A DNA stretch of 63,968 nucleotides, counting the filler, from Octopus bimaculoides (Eukaryota), in NCBI RefSeq assembly GCF_001194135.2. It is 5 parts of 5 records of this genome, joined end to end, with 100 filler letters (N's around TTAATTAATTAA, not from the genome) between each part and the next. Parts side by side here need not be neighbours in the genome. Positions count along the whole stretch, not along the records: positions 41,492 to 61,036 come from NC_068983.1; positions 61,137 to 63,968 come from NW_026337612.1; 3 more parts are not named here. One strand, 5' to 3'. Positions 54,248-63,826 of the stretch are shown piece by piece. Each line of letters starts with the position of its first letter. Within the stretch, counting starts at the first letter, position 1. The notes beneath the pieces are model-generated. The model made no database searches. It was not told the DNA's origin and worked only from the letters and a program-made list of their open reading frames with translations. A program made the translations under genes and the position numbers.

Positions 54248-55841
54248 TATTTACATTTGACGGATATTTGTCCTCATCTTGTTTGTTGTTAACACAACGT
54301 TCCGGCTGATATACCCTCCAGCCTCCATCAGGTGTCTTAGGGAAATTTCGAACCTGGGTCCTCATTCCTAAGATATTTTTTGATATTATTACTATTATTC
54401 AGGTCACTGCTTGGAATTGAACTCGGAATCTTGGGGTTAGTAGCCTGCGCTCTTAACCACTATGCCATAAATCTAATATTTTCCTATCCTTCCTTAATAC
54501 CAGTTCCCATATGCTACTCATATCTGCACTTGGTCTGCTTAGGAGGTTGTTGTTTCCAGTGGTGTTCTCTGTCTATTATTTTAACTTCATCCCACAGGGG
54601 GAGGTGGTCTCCATTTTTCCTTACATGATCAGCTATACACGATTTATCAATATCTCCTTGTGTCACAACTTTGCGATGTTCGTCTACCCTTATTTTGAGG
54701 GGGCGGCATGTTTTGCCTTTGTATAACCTACCACAGTTGCACGGGATGGAATACACGCAGTCTTTGGTCATATTCTCTTCTATTGGTGGTTTTACTCGAA
54801 GGAGACATTTGCGAAGTGTTGTATTACTCTTGAATACTGTCCTGATGTCATATGGGCCGCATATCTTTTGTATCTTTTTGGAGAGGCCCTTCACATAGGG
54901 TAGACAGACAGTGGACAGTTTATTGGCTTCATCCTCTCTCTACTTTATAATTGGAGTGGTTAGTATACTTTTGGGTTAGTTGTTGCTTAACAGATTGTTA
55001 CTGAGCTTGATCATTTCTTCGTGGTGGGTATCACGATCGCTACTTATATTCTTTGCTCGATGTTTTAGGCACTGAGCAATCCCTTTCTTTACACTGTATG
55101 GACGGTGGGAATTGCAGTTGAGGTATCGTCCAGTAAAGGTCAGCTTGCGGTATACGGATGTCCTGAATCCATACTTGGTGTGTGTTATTAATACGTCCAG
55201 GAATGCTAGCTGATTGTCTTTTTTCATTGTGAACTGTATGGATAACTTTATTGAGTTCACATGATCTAACAGCTCTTGGACATTTTCCTGGTGGGGCCAG
55301 AGTATAAAGGTGTCAACATATCACAGCCATAGGGTTGGTTTCAGTGGTTTGATCTTAAAGCCAATTTCTCAAAGTATTCCATGTATATATTGGCTATTAA
55401 TGGTGATAATGGCAAACCCATAGCTAAATCCTCTTCTTGTCGATGTATATCAGTGTCCATACTGAAGTAGGTAGTTTCTACACAGAAAGTCAACATTTCC
55501 ATCAAGTTTTTTATTGGTATACTAGTGCGTTCTTTTAGATAGGTGTCTGTCACTAGTTTTTCTTGAATCACTGATAGTGCTTCACCAGTTGGGACTTTGC
55601 TGAAGAGACTTATCACATCTAGACTCACCATCTGGTTGGATTCAATGGGGGTATCTTTGATCAATTCTGTGAAGTGGGTGGAATTCTTCATGTACGATGT
55701 TGACTTTCCTGCTAATGGACTGATTATATCCACAAGGAAGTGGCTCAGTGGATTACATGAACCTCCCAAGCTCTCTATAGGTCTTAATGGAATACCATCC
55801 TTGTGAAATGTAAATAATGTATATAATTCCTCATCTCTTAA
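54248..55841 (-). mobile_element. Penelope-like element (RT + GIY-YIG endonuclease), 5'-truncated and frameshifted
   Basis: Minus-strand fragments read HKDGIPLRPI, VSLDVISLFSKVP, GLPLSPLIANIYMEYFE, LAFLDVLI...TGRYLN and VYSIPCNCGRLYKGKT...RVDEH (GIY-YIG); followed by a 3' unit with tRNA-like head and hammerhead. Confidence 0.9.
54291..54336 (-). ncRNA. Minimal type I hammerhead ribozyme of the PLE terminal repeat (two core substitutions)
   Basis: Minus strand GACAC-CUGAUGG-A-GGCUG-loop-CAGCC-GGAA-C-GUU-GUGUU. Stems I and II pair and stem III is the palindromic AC/GU, but A9 is G and A13 is G. Confidence 0.75.
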
Positions 55842-56065
55842 CCCTTTAGTGTTTAGATTATTTTGTCAAATGTAATATTTATTTATTCACATTGTTTTTA
55901 ATTAATTGTGCCTTGTCTCATAGCTTCAAGATTTTGATGATATGATTATTTATCTTTAGAATGACAGTGTTGGGTAGGTGTGAGAGGCTGAATCTCATAA
56001 GTTTGAACATAAAACAAGGATAATATTCTGGCCATATATAGCCAGTTTAAACACTAAAGGGTTAA
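55838..56065. mobile_element. piggyBac-type MITE
   Basis: TTAA-CCCTTTAGTGTTT ... AAACACTAAAGGG-TTAA. Confidence 0.85.
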
Positions 56066-56697
56066 ATATAGAACTGTATTATATATTGGCCTTGTTCCTA
56101 AATTAGAAACCATTATGAAGATTCATGAGTTCAAATGCCACTGAGGTCAACTTTGCCTTTTGTCCTTTCAGGGTCAATAAAATAACGTACCAATTAAGCA
56201 CTGGAGTTGATGTAATTCGCTAACCCTCCAAATTTCAGGCCCAAAGAATTTTGGGGGAATAAATCTAGAACATTATATTACAAATTCTATTTTCTCTTTC
56301 TCATTGTCTACAAATCAAATCCACAAAGGATTGTATTTTTACTATGTTAATTTGCTTCAACCATATAGCTGTGACCATATTGGACCAAACTTGAATTGTT
56401 TTCTTTTATTCTACTGATTTACATTTATTATTATTATTATTAAGGCAATGAGATGGCATTTTGCTTAGTAGCGTTTTGTCTATCTTTATGTTCCGAGTTT
56501 AAATTCTGCCGAGGTCGACTTTCATCCTTTCAGGATCGATAAATTAAGTACCAGTTGAATACTGGGTTGATGTATTGACTAGCACCTTTCCTGAAAAATT
56601 TCAGGCCTTGTGCCTATAGGAGAAAAGATTATTATTATTTTTTTTTTTTGAGTTATTCAACATCTTGCAAGTTGTATCATTCTCTCTATTATTGCAG

Positions 56698-56809
56698 CCC
56701 AATTTTTCTTCCCAACCCACTAACCACAATGGCAGTACACGTTGCATCGAAAGTAGTACATGCATATTCTACTGCTAAAGATGCATTTTATTCTCTCCAA
56801 GCAAAGCCT
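56698..56809 (+). CDS. NBR1: NBR1 coding exon, putative amphipathic helix (AH/J domain)
   Basis: Acceptor tctctctattattgcag, donor gtgagt; 112 nt, phase 2 to 0, exactly bridging the 47281-47833 exon and the terminal exon; reads (S)PIFLPNPLTTMAVHVASKVVHAYSTAKDAFYSLQAKP. Confidence 0.85.
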
Positions 56810-56909
56810 GTGAGTATTTTTTATTATTATTCAACTCTTGTTTTAAATTCTTCATCAAAAATAGAAAGTTTAATGATTAAGTTCTTATGTATAAACAGAT
56901 GCATCATTA

Positions 56910-56959
<50 letters not shown>

Positions 56960-57547
56960 GACACTCATATCCATTCACATAAATAAATCCACTCACACAT
57001 GTTCAGATATACACACATCACATCTATGGGTGCAATTATGATGAAGTGATTAAGAAGTTCACTTTTGCAGTTATGAACTGCCTCTCAAGTTACTATAACT
57101 CTGGGTCAAACCAAATCTTGAATGAAATGGGCTGGCTAAAACTGTGTGGAATCTGGTCAGATGGGCTGTAAAAGCTGTGGTTTAAATGGTCAGCCTTGCT
57201 ACTCTTTGTTATGCTGATTCTACCTAAAGATTTGAGTTAAAGCTACATGTGTGTGGAATATACTGTATTTTAACAAACAACTGGAATACTTATTAAAACT
57301 AGAAAATCTATTTTATATCCCTCACACACACTCATCATGCATGATATATCTATCTATATAAATGATGAAACAATTATCATATACATTGATCATTTATAAA
57401 CAGATATATACATGGATTTATAATCTCATTTTATGTCCATTTTTCCATGTTGGCATGTGTTGGACACATGCATCATACCACTTGTTATAGTCCTTTACTA
57501 TCTCACAAAAACAACAGAAAAAGATAGGCATATTTGTTGCACTAGAG

Positions 57548-57697
57548 CAGTGTTCTACAACCTTTTTCATTTGTGGTAGACTTATATTCTTTTCAAAATT
57601 TGGCAGCAGACCTGAACTAAAAATATAGGGGGGAAAAATTATATTCAGGTTACAGTGGCACACCAGTGCACCACAGCATACTGGTTGCAGAGCACTG
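57548..57697. mobile_element. hAT-type MITE
   Basis: TIR CAGTGTTCTACAACC / GGTTGCAGAGCACTG; 8-bp TSD CACTAGAG. Confidence 0.85.
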
Positions 57698-58285
57698 CAC
57701 TAGAGAAATATTTGCCGATGCATGTAAAGGTCTCCTCTATTCAACATAATCACTGTTTCTTCTTTCCTTCAATTTGCATAAATATATATACACACCCCTA
57801 AGCGAAGCCATAGAAAAGTGGATACAAAATAATGACATACACACTCTTCGTATATTATTGAAAACACCATTATATTTCGGTGTTATTAGAAATGTTTCAT
57901 ATTTCTTTATCACTCCTTTGTCCAGTTCAAAGAAAAATTGAAGAAAAAATATTGTAGGTCCTTCATCATTTCAAGACCTGCTTGTTATCTTTTGGAAGAA
58001 ATGGTTGTTATATTTTTATTCTAGGCAATAATCATTTGAATATTTGTATTCCAAAGTCTTGAAAATATCAACAGACTAGGAAATTTGCTGTTTCAGAGAA
58101 AAATGAAGAACTAATTAAGAAAATTCTTCATGAAATATTAAAATCTGAAATATAGTCATATCTCTTAAAATATATGTTTGAGAGAAAAGCTGCTCTTCAA
58201 ATGTATAGTGCATAGTGTAATGGTTGTTTAAAGTTGTCAAATATAGGGCTCATGGACTGGATATAGCCTTTAGTAGTGTTTAGAG

Positions 58286-58784
58286 CAGGCCTGGCCAACT
58301 CGAATTACATTGTGGGTCACTTTAAATTGCAGAAAGATTTTTGAGGGCTGCTTGTATACTTTATGTACTAATAGTCAAATAATCAAATTACAGAATCAAG
58401 AAATTTTCATATTTTTCATTTGTTTAAAATTATAAAATTGTAGGCTATTGCTTTATAGTCACTTATAAAATTTTAAATTTATTTTGAAACAAATGTTTTA
58501 TACATCATCATTTTCATTTAACATCCGCTTTCCATGCTAGCGTGCGTTGGACGATTTAAATGGGGACTGGTGAACCAGATGGCTATACCAGACTCCAATC
58601 TGATTTGGCAGAGTTTCTACAGCTGGATGCCCTTCCTAACGCCAACCACTCTGAGAGTGTAGTGGGTGCTTTTTACATGCCACCGGCACGAGGGCCAAAA
58701 CACAATAAAGAGGTCACCCATTTCAAGAAAGTATCAAGCAGGCTGCAAGATAAAAGTCTGTGGGCCACAAGTTGGCCAGCCCTG
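58286..58784. mobile_element. hAT-type MITE
   Basis: TIR CAGGCCTGGCCAACT / AGTTGGCCAGCCCTG; 8-bp TSD GTTTAGAG. Confidence 0.85.
58505..58695 (-). mobile_element. RTE 3'-end fragment nested in a hAT MITE
   Basis: Same tail sequence as 53200-53400. Confidence 0.75.
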
Positions 58785-58859
58785 GTTTAGAGCATATTCT
58801 CATTGATCTGATACATAGCTTTCTTTGTAATCTTGGATTGTGGTGATGCAGGAGCATAA

Positions 58860-59145
58860 CTTTGAAGAATTTAGTCTAGCAATTGACCCCGGTATTTATT
58901 CTTATGTCTAGTATTTCTCTATTGGTCTCTTTTGTTGAACTGCTAAGTTACAGGAGCATAAACAAACCAACACTGATTATCAAGTGGTGGTGGTGACAAA
59001 TGCACACAAGACGGGCTTCCACACAGTTTCTGTCTACCAAACTCACTCACAAAGCATTGGCTTCACCTGGAACTGTAGTAGAAGGCACTTGCTCAAAGTG
59101 CCACACATTGAGACTGAACCTGAAACCATGTGGTCGTAAAGCAAA
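58860..59145 (-). mobile_element. SINE family A, diverged
   Basis: Reverse complement of family A. Confidence 0.7.
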
Positions 59146-59328
59146 TGGTTTCTGAAGAGGAGGGTAAAACTAGATGAAATAGTTCAGATATGTTGCAGAT
59201 TTTGTTGTTAGCTTATTGTGTAAAATACAAAAGTATTTTCAGAACAAATTCCTTTAAATGTTACATAACACTTATTTGTTTCAGAACGTTAAAATGAAAT
59301 AAGTGAATAATACTATTCTATATTTTTG

Positions 59329-59596
59329 AGATGAGGAATTATGTACATTATTTACAATCGACGGATAGGTGTCCTCATCATGTTTGTTGTTATCACAACA
59401 TTTCAGCTGATGTATTCTCCAGCCTTCATCAGGTGTTCTGGTGGAATTTCGAATCCAACCCTTTATTTGACTAATGGGGTACACTGTTCTCAATCCTAAA
59501 GTATGTTGCTGATGTTATTTTTCAAGTCCCTGCCTGGGATTGAACTTATAATCTGAGGGTTAGTAGTCCACGCTCTTATCCACTATGCTAATATGC
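59329..59596 (-). mobile_element. Short non-autonomous unit: tRNA-like head + hammerhead + PLE tail
   Basis: A-box TAGCATAGTGG (59580-59590), B-box GTTCAATCCC (59536-59545), hammerhead at 59392-59437 and a tail matching the 3' end of the 54248-55841 element; no RT sequence attached. Confidence 0.8.
59392..59437 (-). ncRNA. Minimal type I hammerhead ribozyme, core intact
   Basis: Minus strand AACAC-CUGAUGA-A-GGCUG-loop-CAGCU-GAAA-U-GUU-GUGAU; catalytic core conserved, G-U wobbles in stems II and III, one mismatch in stem I. Confidence 0.75.
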
Positions 59597-59691
59597 CTGT
59601 AGTGGATAAGAGCACGGGCTACTAACCCTCAGATTCTAAAGTTAAATCCCAGGTAGGGACTTGAAAAATATCAACAGTAAATAACAGGAAT

Positions 59692-59956
59692 TGTGGAGGC
59701 GCGTGGCTTAGTGGTTAGAGTATCAGCATCATGATCGTAAGATTGTGGTTTCGATTCCTGGACCGGGCGACGCGTTGTGTTCTTGAGTAAAACACTTCAT
59801 TTCACGTTGCTCCAGTCCACTCAGCTGGCAAAAATGAGTAACGCTGCAATGGATTGGCGTCCCGTCCAGCTGGGGAACACATACGCCATTGAAACCGGGA
59901 AACCGGGCCCATGAGCCTGGCTAGGCTTTAAAAAGGGCGCATTTATTATTTTCATT
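59692..59956 (+). mobile_element. tRNA-derived SINE (family C) with 14-bp target-site duplication
   Basis: Head GGCGCGTGGCTTAGTGGTTAG...GTTTCGATTCC; TAAATAACAGGAAT duplicated at 59678-59691 and 59957-59970. Confidence 0.85.
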
Positions 59957-60020
59957 TAAATAACAGGAATGAGAACAGTGTTTCCCATCAGTCAAAGGGT
60001 TGGGTTCAAATTTCCACCAG

Positions 60021-60058
60021 AACACCTGATGAAGGCTGGAGAGTACACCAGCCGAAAC
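60021..60058 (+). ncRNA. Hammerhead ribozyme remnant lacking the cleavage-site arm
   Basis: AACAC-CUGAUGA-A-GGCUGG-loop-CCAGCC-GAAAC, then AUAAC; the GUU-GUG segment present in the other two copies is deleted. Confidence 0.7.
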
Positions 60059-60160
60059 ATAACAACAAACAAAATGAGAATATTGATCCGTCCATTTGAA
60101 ATGTCAGAAATAAAATGTGGCAAAAAAAACTTGCTATTGATTTTTGTTATTTCTCTGCAG

Positions 60161-60571
60161 GTTGATGGTGTAATTCAACAAGGACACTCTAATATGGCAA
60201 ACAATTCTGCCTGGTCTCCGTCTATTGGTTGTGAGAAGCATGCTACTAATGTGAACAGCAACAGAAATGGTACTGGTGTTGATGAGTCAACCTGTGTTAC
60301 TTGTCTAATTGGCAACTGTTCAAAACACTCTGACCAAACAGATTCAAGTAAAACCCCAGAAGCTACTGAAAACAATGGACAGAAGCAATGGCCAAAACCT
60401 CACTTTCAGCGTGAACTTCAGTCACCTATGATCAAACTGATTGAGATGGGATTTGCTAATCGAGATCTAAACCAGACCTTGTTGGATAAACACAACAATG
60501 ATGTGCAGAAAGTAGTGCAAGAGATTCTCAATACTGAAGATTTAAATAATTGGTCGACCAAGCGTCATTGA
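60161..60571 (+). CDS. NBR1: NBR1 terminal coding exon with C-terminal UBA domain
   Basis: Acceptor tttttgttatttctctgcag, phase 0, stop TGA at 60569-60571. MIKLIEMGFANRDLNQTLLDKHNNDVQKVVQEIL...NNWSTKRH matches the NBR1-type UBA (EMGF loop, LLxKHN, terminal W). Confidence 0.92.
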   Translation, partial: VDGVIQQGHSNMANNSAWSPSIGCEKHATNVNSNRNGTGVDESTCVTCLIGNCSKHSDQTDSSKTPEATENNGQKQWPKPHFQRELQSPMIKLIEMGFANRDLNQTLLDKHNNDVQKVVQEILNTEDLNNWSTKRH

Positions 60572-61036
60572 TAGCCTCTTATCTTTTATTGTCTTCTATT
60601 TGCTGTTTTATATATATATATATATATTTTTTTTTTAATGAAACTTGTCTTAACTTATATATTCTTATATGTATGTGTGTGTGTGTGTGTATATGTTCAT
60701 GTATATATATATATATATGCGAATGTATGTGTGTATATGTATATACATGTGTATATATATGTGAATGTGTGTCTGTGTGTATATGTATATACATGTGTAT
60801 ATATATGTGAATGTGTGTCTGTGTGTATATGTATATACATGTATATATATATATAATGTGAATTTTTGTGTGTTTATATGTATATACATGTGAATTTTTG
60901 TGTGTATATATATATGTATATGCATATTATGTGAATGTATGTATTATGTATATATGTGTGTATAGGTATATATATGTATTATGTATATATACATTATATA
61001 TATACATTGTATATATATATGTGTATATTTAATATA

Positions 61037-61136
61037 NNNNNNNNNNNNNNNNNNNNNNNNNNNNNNNNNNNNNNNNNNNNTTAATTAATTAANNNNNNNN
61101 NNNNNNNNNNNNNNNNNNNNNNNNNNNNNNNNNNNN
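61037..61136. other. Artificial contig-joining spacer
   Basis: Same 44N-12mer-44N layout. Confidence 0.95.
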
Positions 61137-61432
61137 ACGACTCTGTCAAATTGTTCGATTCATTTGAGTAGGGAACGTGTATGTTAAAGGATGATGATGA
61201 TGGTGGTGATGATGATGATGATGACGTTGATGATGATGATGGTGGTGGTGGTGGTGAGAAGGAGGAAGAGGTGGAGTATGTGTGGGCAACTGAACAATGC
61301 AGCGTCTCCACTTTCAAATTTCACTGTGTTCCATATTAAAACCCATTTGTTAATTGAGCCACCAAGACTTCCAATAAATGCAAAATTGCAGTGATTTTTT
61401 TCATTAAAAAATCATTGATCTGTTTTCCTTAG

Positions 61433-61558
61433 GTCAACCGAAGGAAGAAATATGTGAACAAGATCAGTTCAAGTGTACAAGTAAAGAGTGCATTGATGCA
61501 TTCAAAGTGTGCAATGAAATAGCTGACTGCGCAGATAAATCTGACGAAATAGGATGCA
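61433..61558 (+). CDS. Exon encoding one LDL-receptor class A repeat; host gene unknown
   Basis: Acceptor tgttttccttag, donor gtaagt; 126 nt, phase 1 to 1; QPKEEICEQDQFKCTSKECIDAFKVCNEIADCADKSDEIGC has six Cys in LDLa spacing and the DCxDxSDE motif. Confidence 0.9.
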
Positions 61559-62874
61559 GTAAGTATCGGTTTATTTTTCAACAAGCAACTCTCAACAAGA
61601 TTCAACAGTTTTTTTTTATTTAAAACTACTGTTGCTAATAGCGATTTCTCTCTCTCTCTCTCTTTCTCTCCCCCCTCTCTCTTTCTCCCCCTCTCTCTCT
61701 AACTGAGGGAGCTGTGTATCTCCCTTACAGAAAAACACCCCTTCTCTGTTCCTCTACTCATATCCTAACCTCACATCTGGCACAAAACCACATCCCCACC
61801 CAGTTGAGGTGTCNNNNNNNNNNNNNNNNNNNNNNNNNNNNNNNNNNNNNNNNNNNNNNNNNNNNNNNNNNNNNNNNNNNNNNNNNNNNNNNNNNNNNNN
61901 NNNNNNNNNNNNNNNNNNNNNNNNNNNNNNNNNNNNNNNNNNNNNNNNNNNNNNNNNNNNNNNNNNNNNNNNNNNNNNNNNNNNNNNNNNNNNNNNNNNN
62001 NNNNNNNNNNNNNNNNNNNNNNNNNNNNNNNNNNNNNNNNNNNNNNNNNNNNNNNNNNNNNNNNNNNNNNNNNNNNNNNNNNNNNNNNNNNNNNNNNNNN
62101 NNNNNNNNNNNNNNNNNNNNNNNNNNNNNNNNNNNNNNNNNNNNNNNNNNNNNNNNNNNNNNNNNNNNNNNNNNNNNNNNNNNNNNNNNNNNNNNNNNNN
62201 NNNNNNNNNNNNNNNNNNNNNNNNNNNNNNNNNNNNNNNNNNNNNNNNNNNNNNNNNNNNNNNNNNNNNNNNNNNNNNNNNNNNNNNNNNNNNNNNNNNN
62301 NNNNNNNNNNNNNNNNNNNNNNNNNNNNNNNNNNNNNNNNNNNNNNNNNNNNNNNNNNNNNNNNNNNNNNNNNNNNNNNNNNNNNNNNNNNNNNNNNNNN
62401 NNNNNNNNNNNNNNNNNNNNNGAGAGACACACACAGACAGACAGACAGATAGAAAAATTATGAGTTAGAGGTTACTTGATGGACTTTTTTCCTGTTTATA
62501 TTCCTCTGATGAACTCTAAATCATTCTGACGATGTTTGTTACAAGTAACGAGAAAAATGCAAATTTACTCCAAAAATAACAAACTGAAACAGCTGTAAAT
62601 GTCTTTTAATTACAAATTAACTATGACCTTTTCATAACAATGATCAACTTCTAATTGTTAATTGTTGCTCCGTTTCTTTTCTTATCTATCTTTATATATA
62701 TATATATATATTTGTAAACATAATGCAATAAAATTTTCCCTTCATGAATTATTGCGTTTCAAAATCCAACTGTACTCAGAACATCCACTGCAGAGGATGC
62801 AAAGTATCACAAAAGTGAAACATACGTAGGGAACAAATGGTATGTCCTGCATCTTGCATTTATCAGACTTTCTC

Positions 62875-62908
<34 letters not shown>

Positions 62909-63609
62909 TAAGTGCATATACACTCACATAGATATACGTATATACATATGATGAATGAACAAAAACAAGAAAAAACACAAGAGGTACAAGTTTTTACAAA
63001 GGTGTTATTAGTTTCATGCTTGAAAAAAAAAAAGAAAAGGGTCTTTGACGTTTTGGACATGTAGTGCTTCATCAGAGAAAAAGAAGAAAGAGGAAAGAGA
63101 AGAGTGGTGGAAAGGAAGGCAGAAAAACAAAGTTAGGGATGATTTTCTTAAGTGGGGAGGAGGTGGGGGTGTTGTGTGCATATAAAGGAGAGTATCTGTG
63201 AAGGGAAATAGGGATGGTGGTGTTTGATTGATTTGAGGTGCACACAGCTGGCTGGGGTTTGGTTCATTGAGATGTGAACGTGGAAAAGGAGAGGCGGAGA
63301 TGTGGAAGCAGAAGAAAAGGTGGGAAACAGGGGAGAAATAAGATGAAAAGTTTATAGAAGTTACAGGTAGAGGAAAGGTGAGAAAGTGAATAAAGGTGGC
63401 AAAAATAGGTAAGAAAAACAAAACGGTTGAGCCTGAAAGAGAAGGTTATAAGGTGGAGAGAAGGAGAAGAGAATGGTCGAGAAGTTTATAGGAAGAATGA
63501 GATTATTGAAAAAGGAAGAATTGCAAAAGAGAGAAATACTTATGAAAAGGATGTAAAGAAAGGAATGTGAAAATAAAGTATTTTAACTCAAAACCAGGAG
63601 ATGGACCTT

Positions 63610-63788
63610 TTAGACTGTGGCCATGCTGGGGCATAACCTTGAAGAAGAATTTTTAGTCAAAAGAATTGACCCATGTACTAATTTTTCTTTTTTTTTTAAT
63701 CCAGGTGCTTAATCTCTTAGTCTCTTTTTCCAAACTGCTAAGTTACAAGGATATAAATAACCCAACAAAGGTGGTGGGGATATTCAAA

Positions 63789-63826
<38 letters not shown>

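Larger units (their letters stand above)
59600..60092 (+). mobile_element. Inverted partner of the 59329-59596 unit, interrupted by a SINE
   Basis: Reverse complement of the left arm after a 14-nt spacer; SINE inserted at 59692-59956. Confidence 0.8.

Noticed and set aside
54400-54470. Functional tRNA gene
   Set aside because: A/B boxes and an anticodon-like arm are present, but there is no closing acceptor stem; this is a repeat-borne tRNA-derived head, as are the other SINE heads.
59969-60160. 200-aa ORF starting upstream of the UBA exon
   Set aside because: The first 64 codons come from the PLE-derived repeat arm and intron; a strong acceptor at 60160 explains the real start.
62750-62850. 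Possible next exon of the LDLa gene
   Set aside because: A donor (gtatgt) is present, but no acceptor gives an open phase-1 frame.
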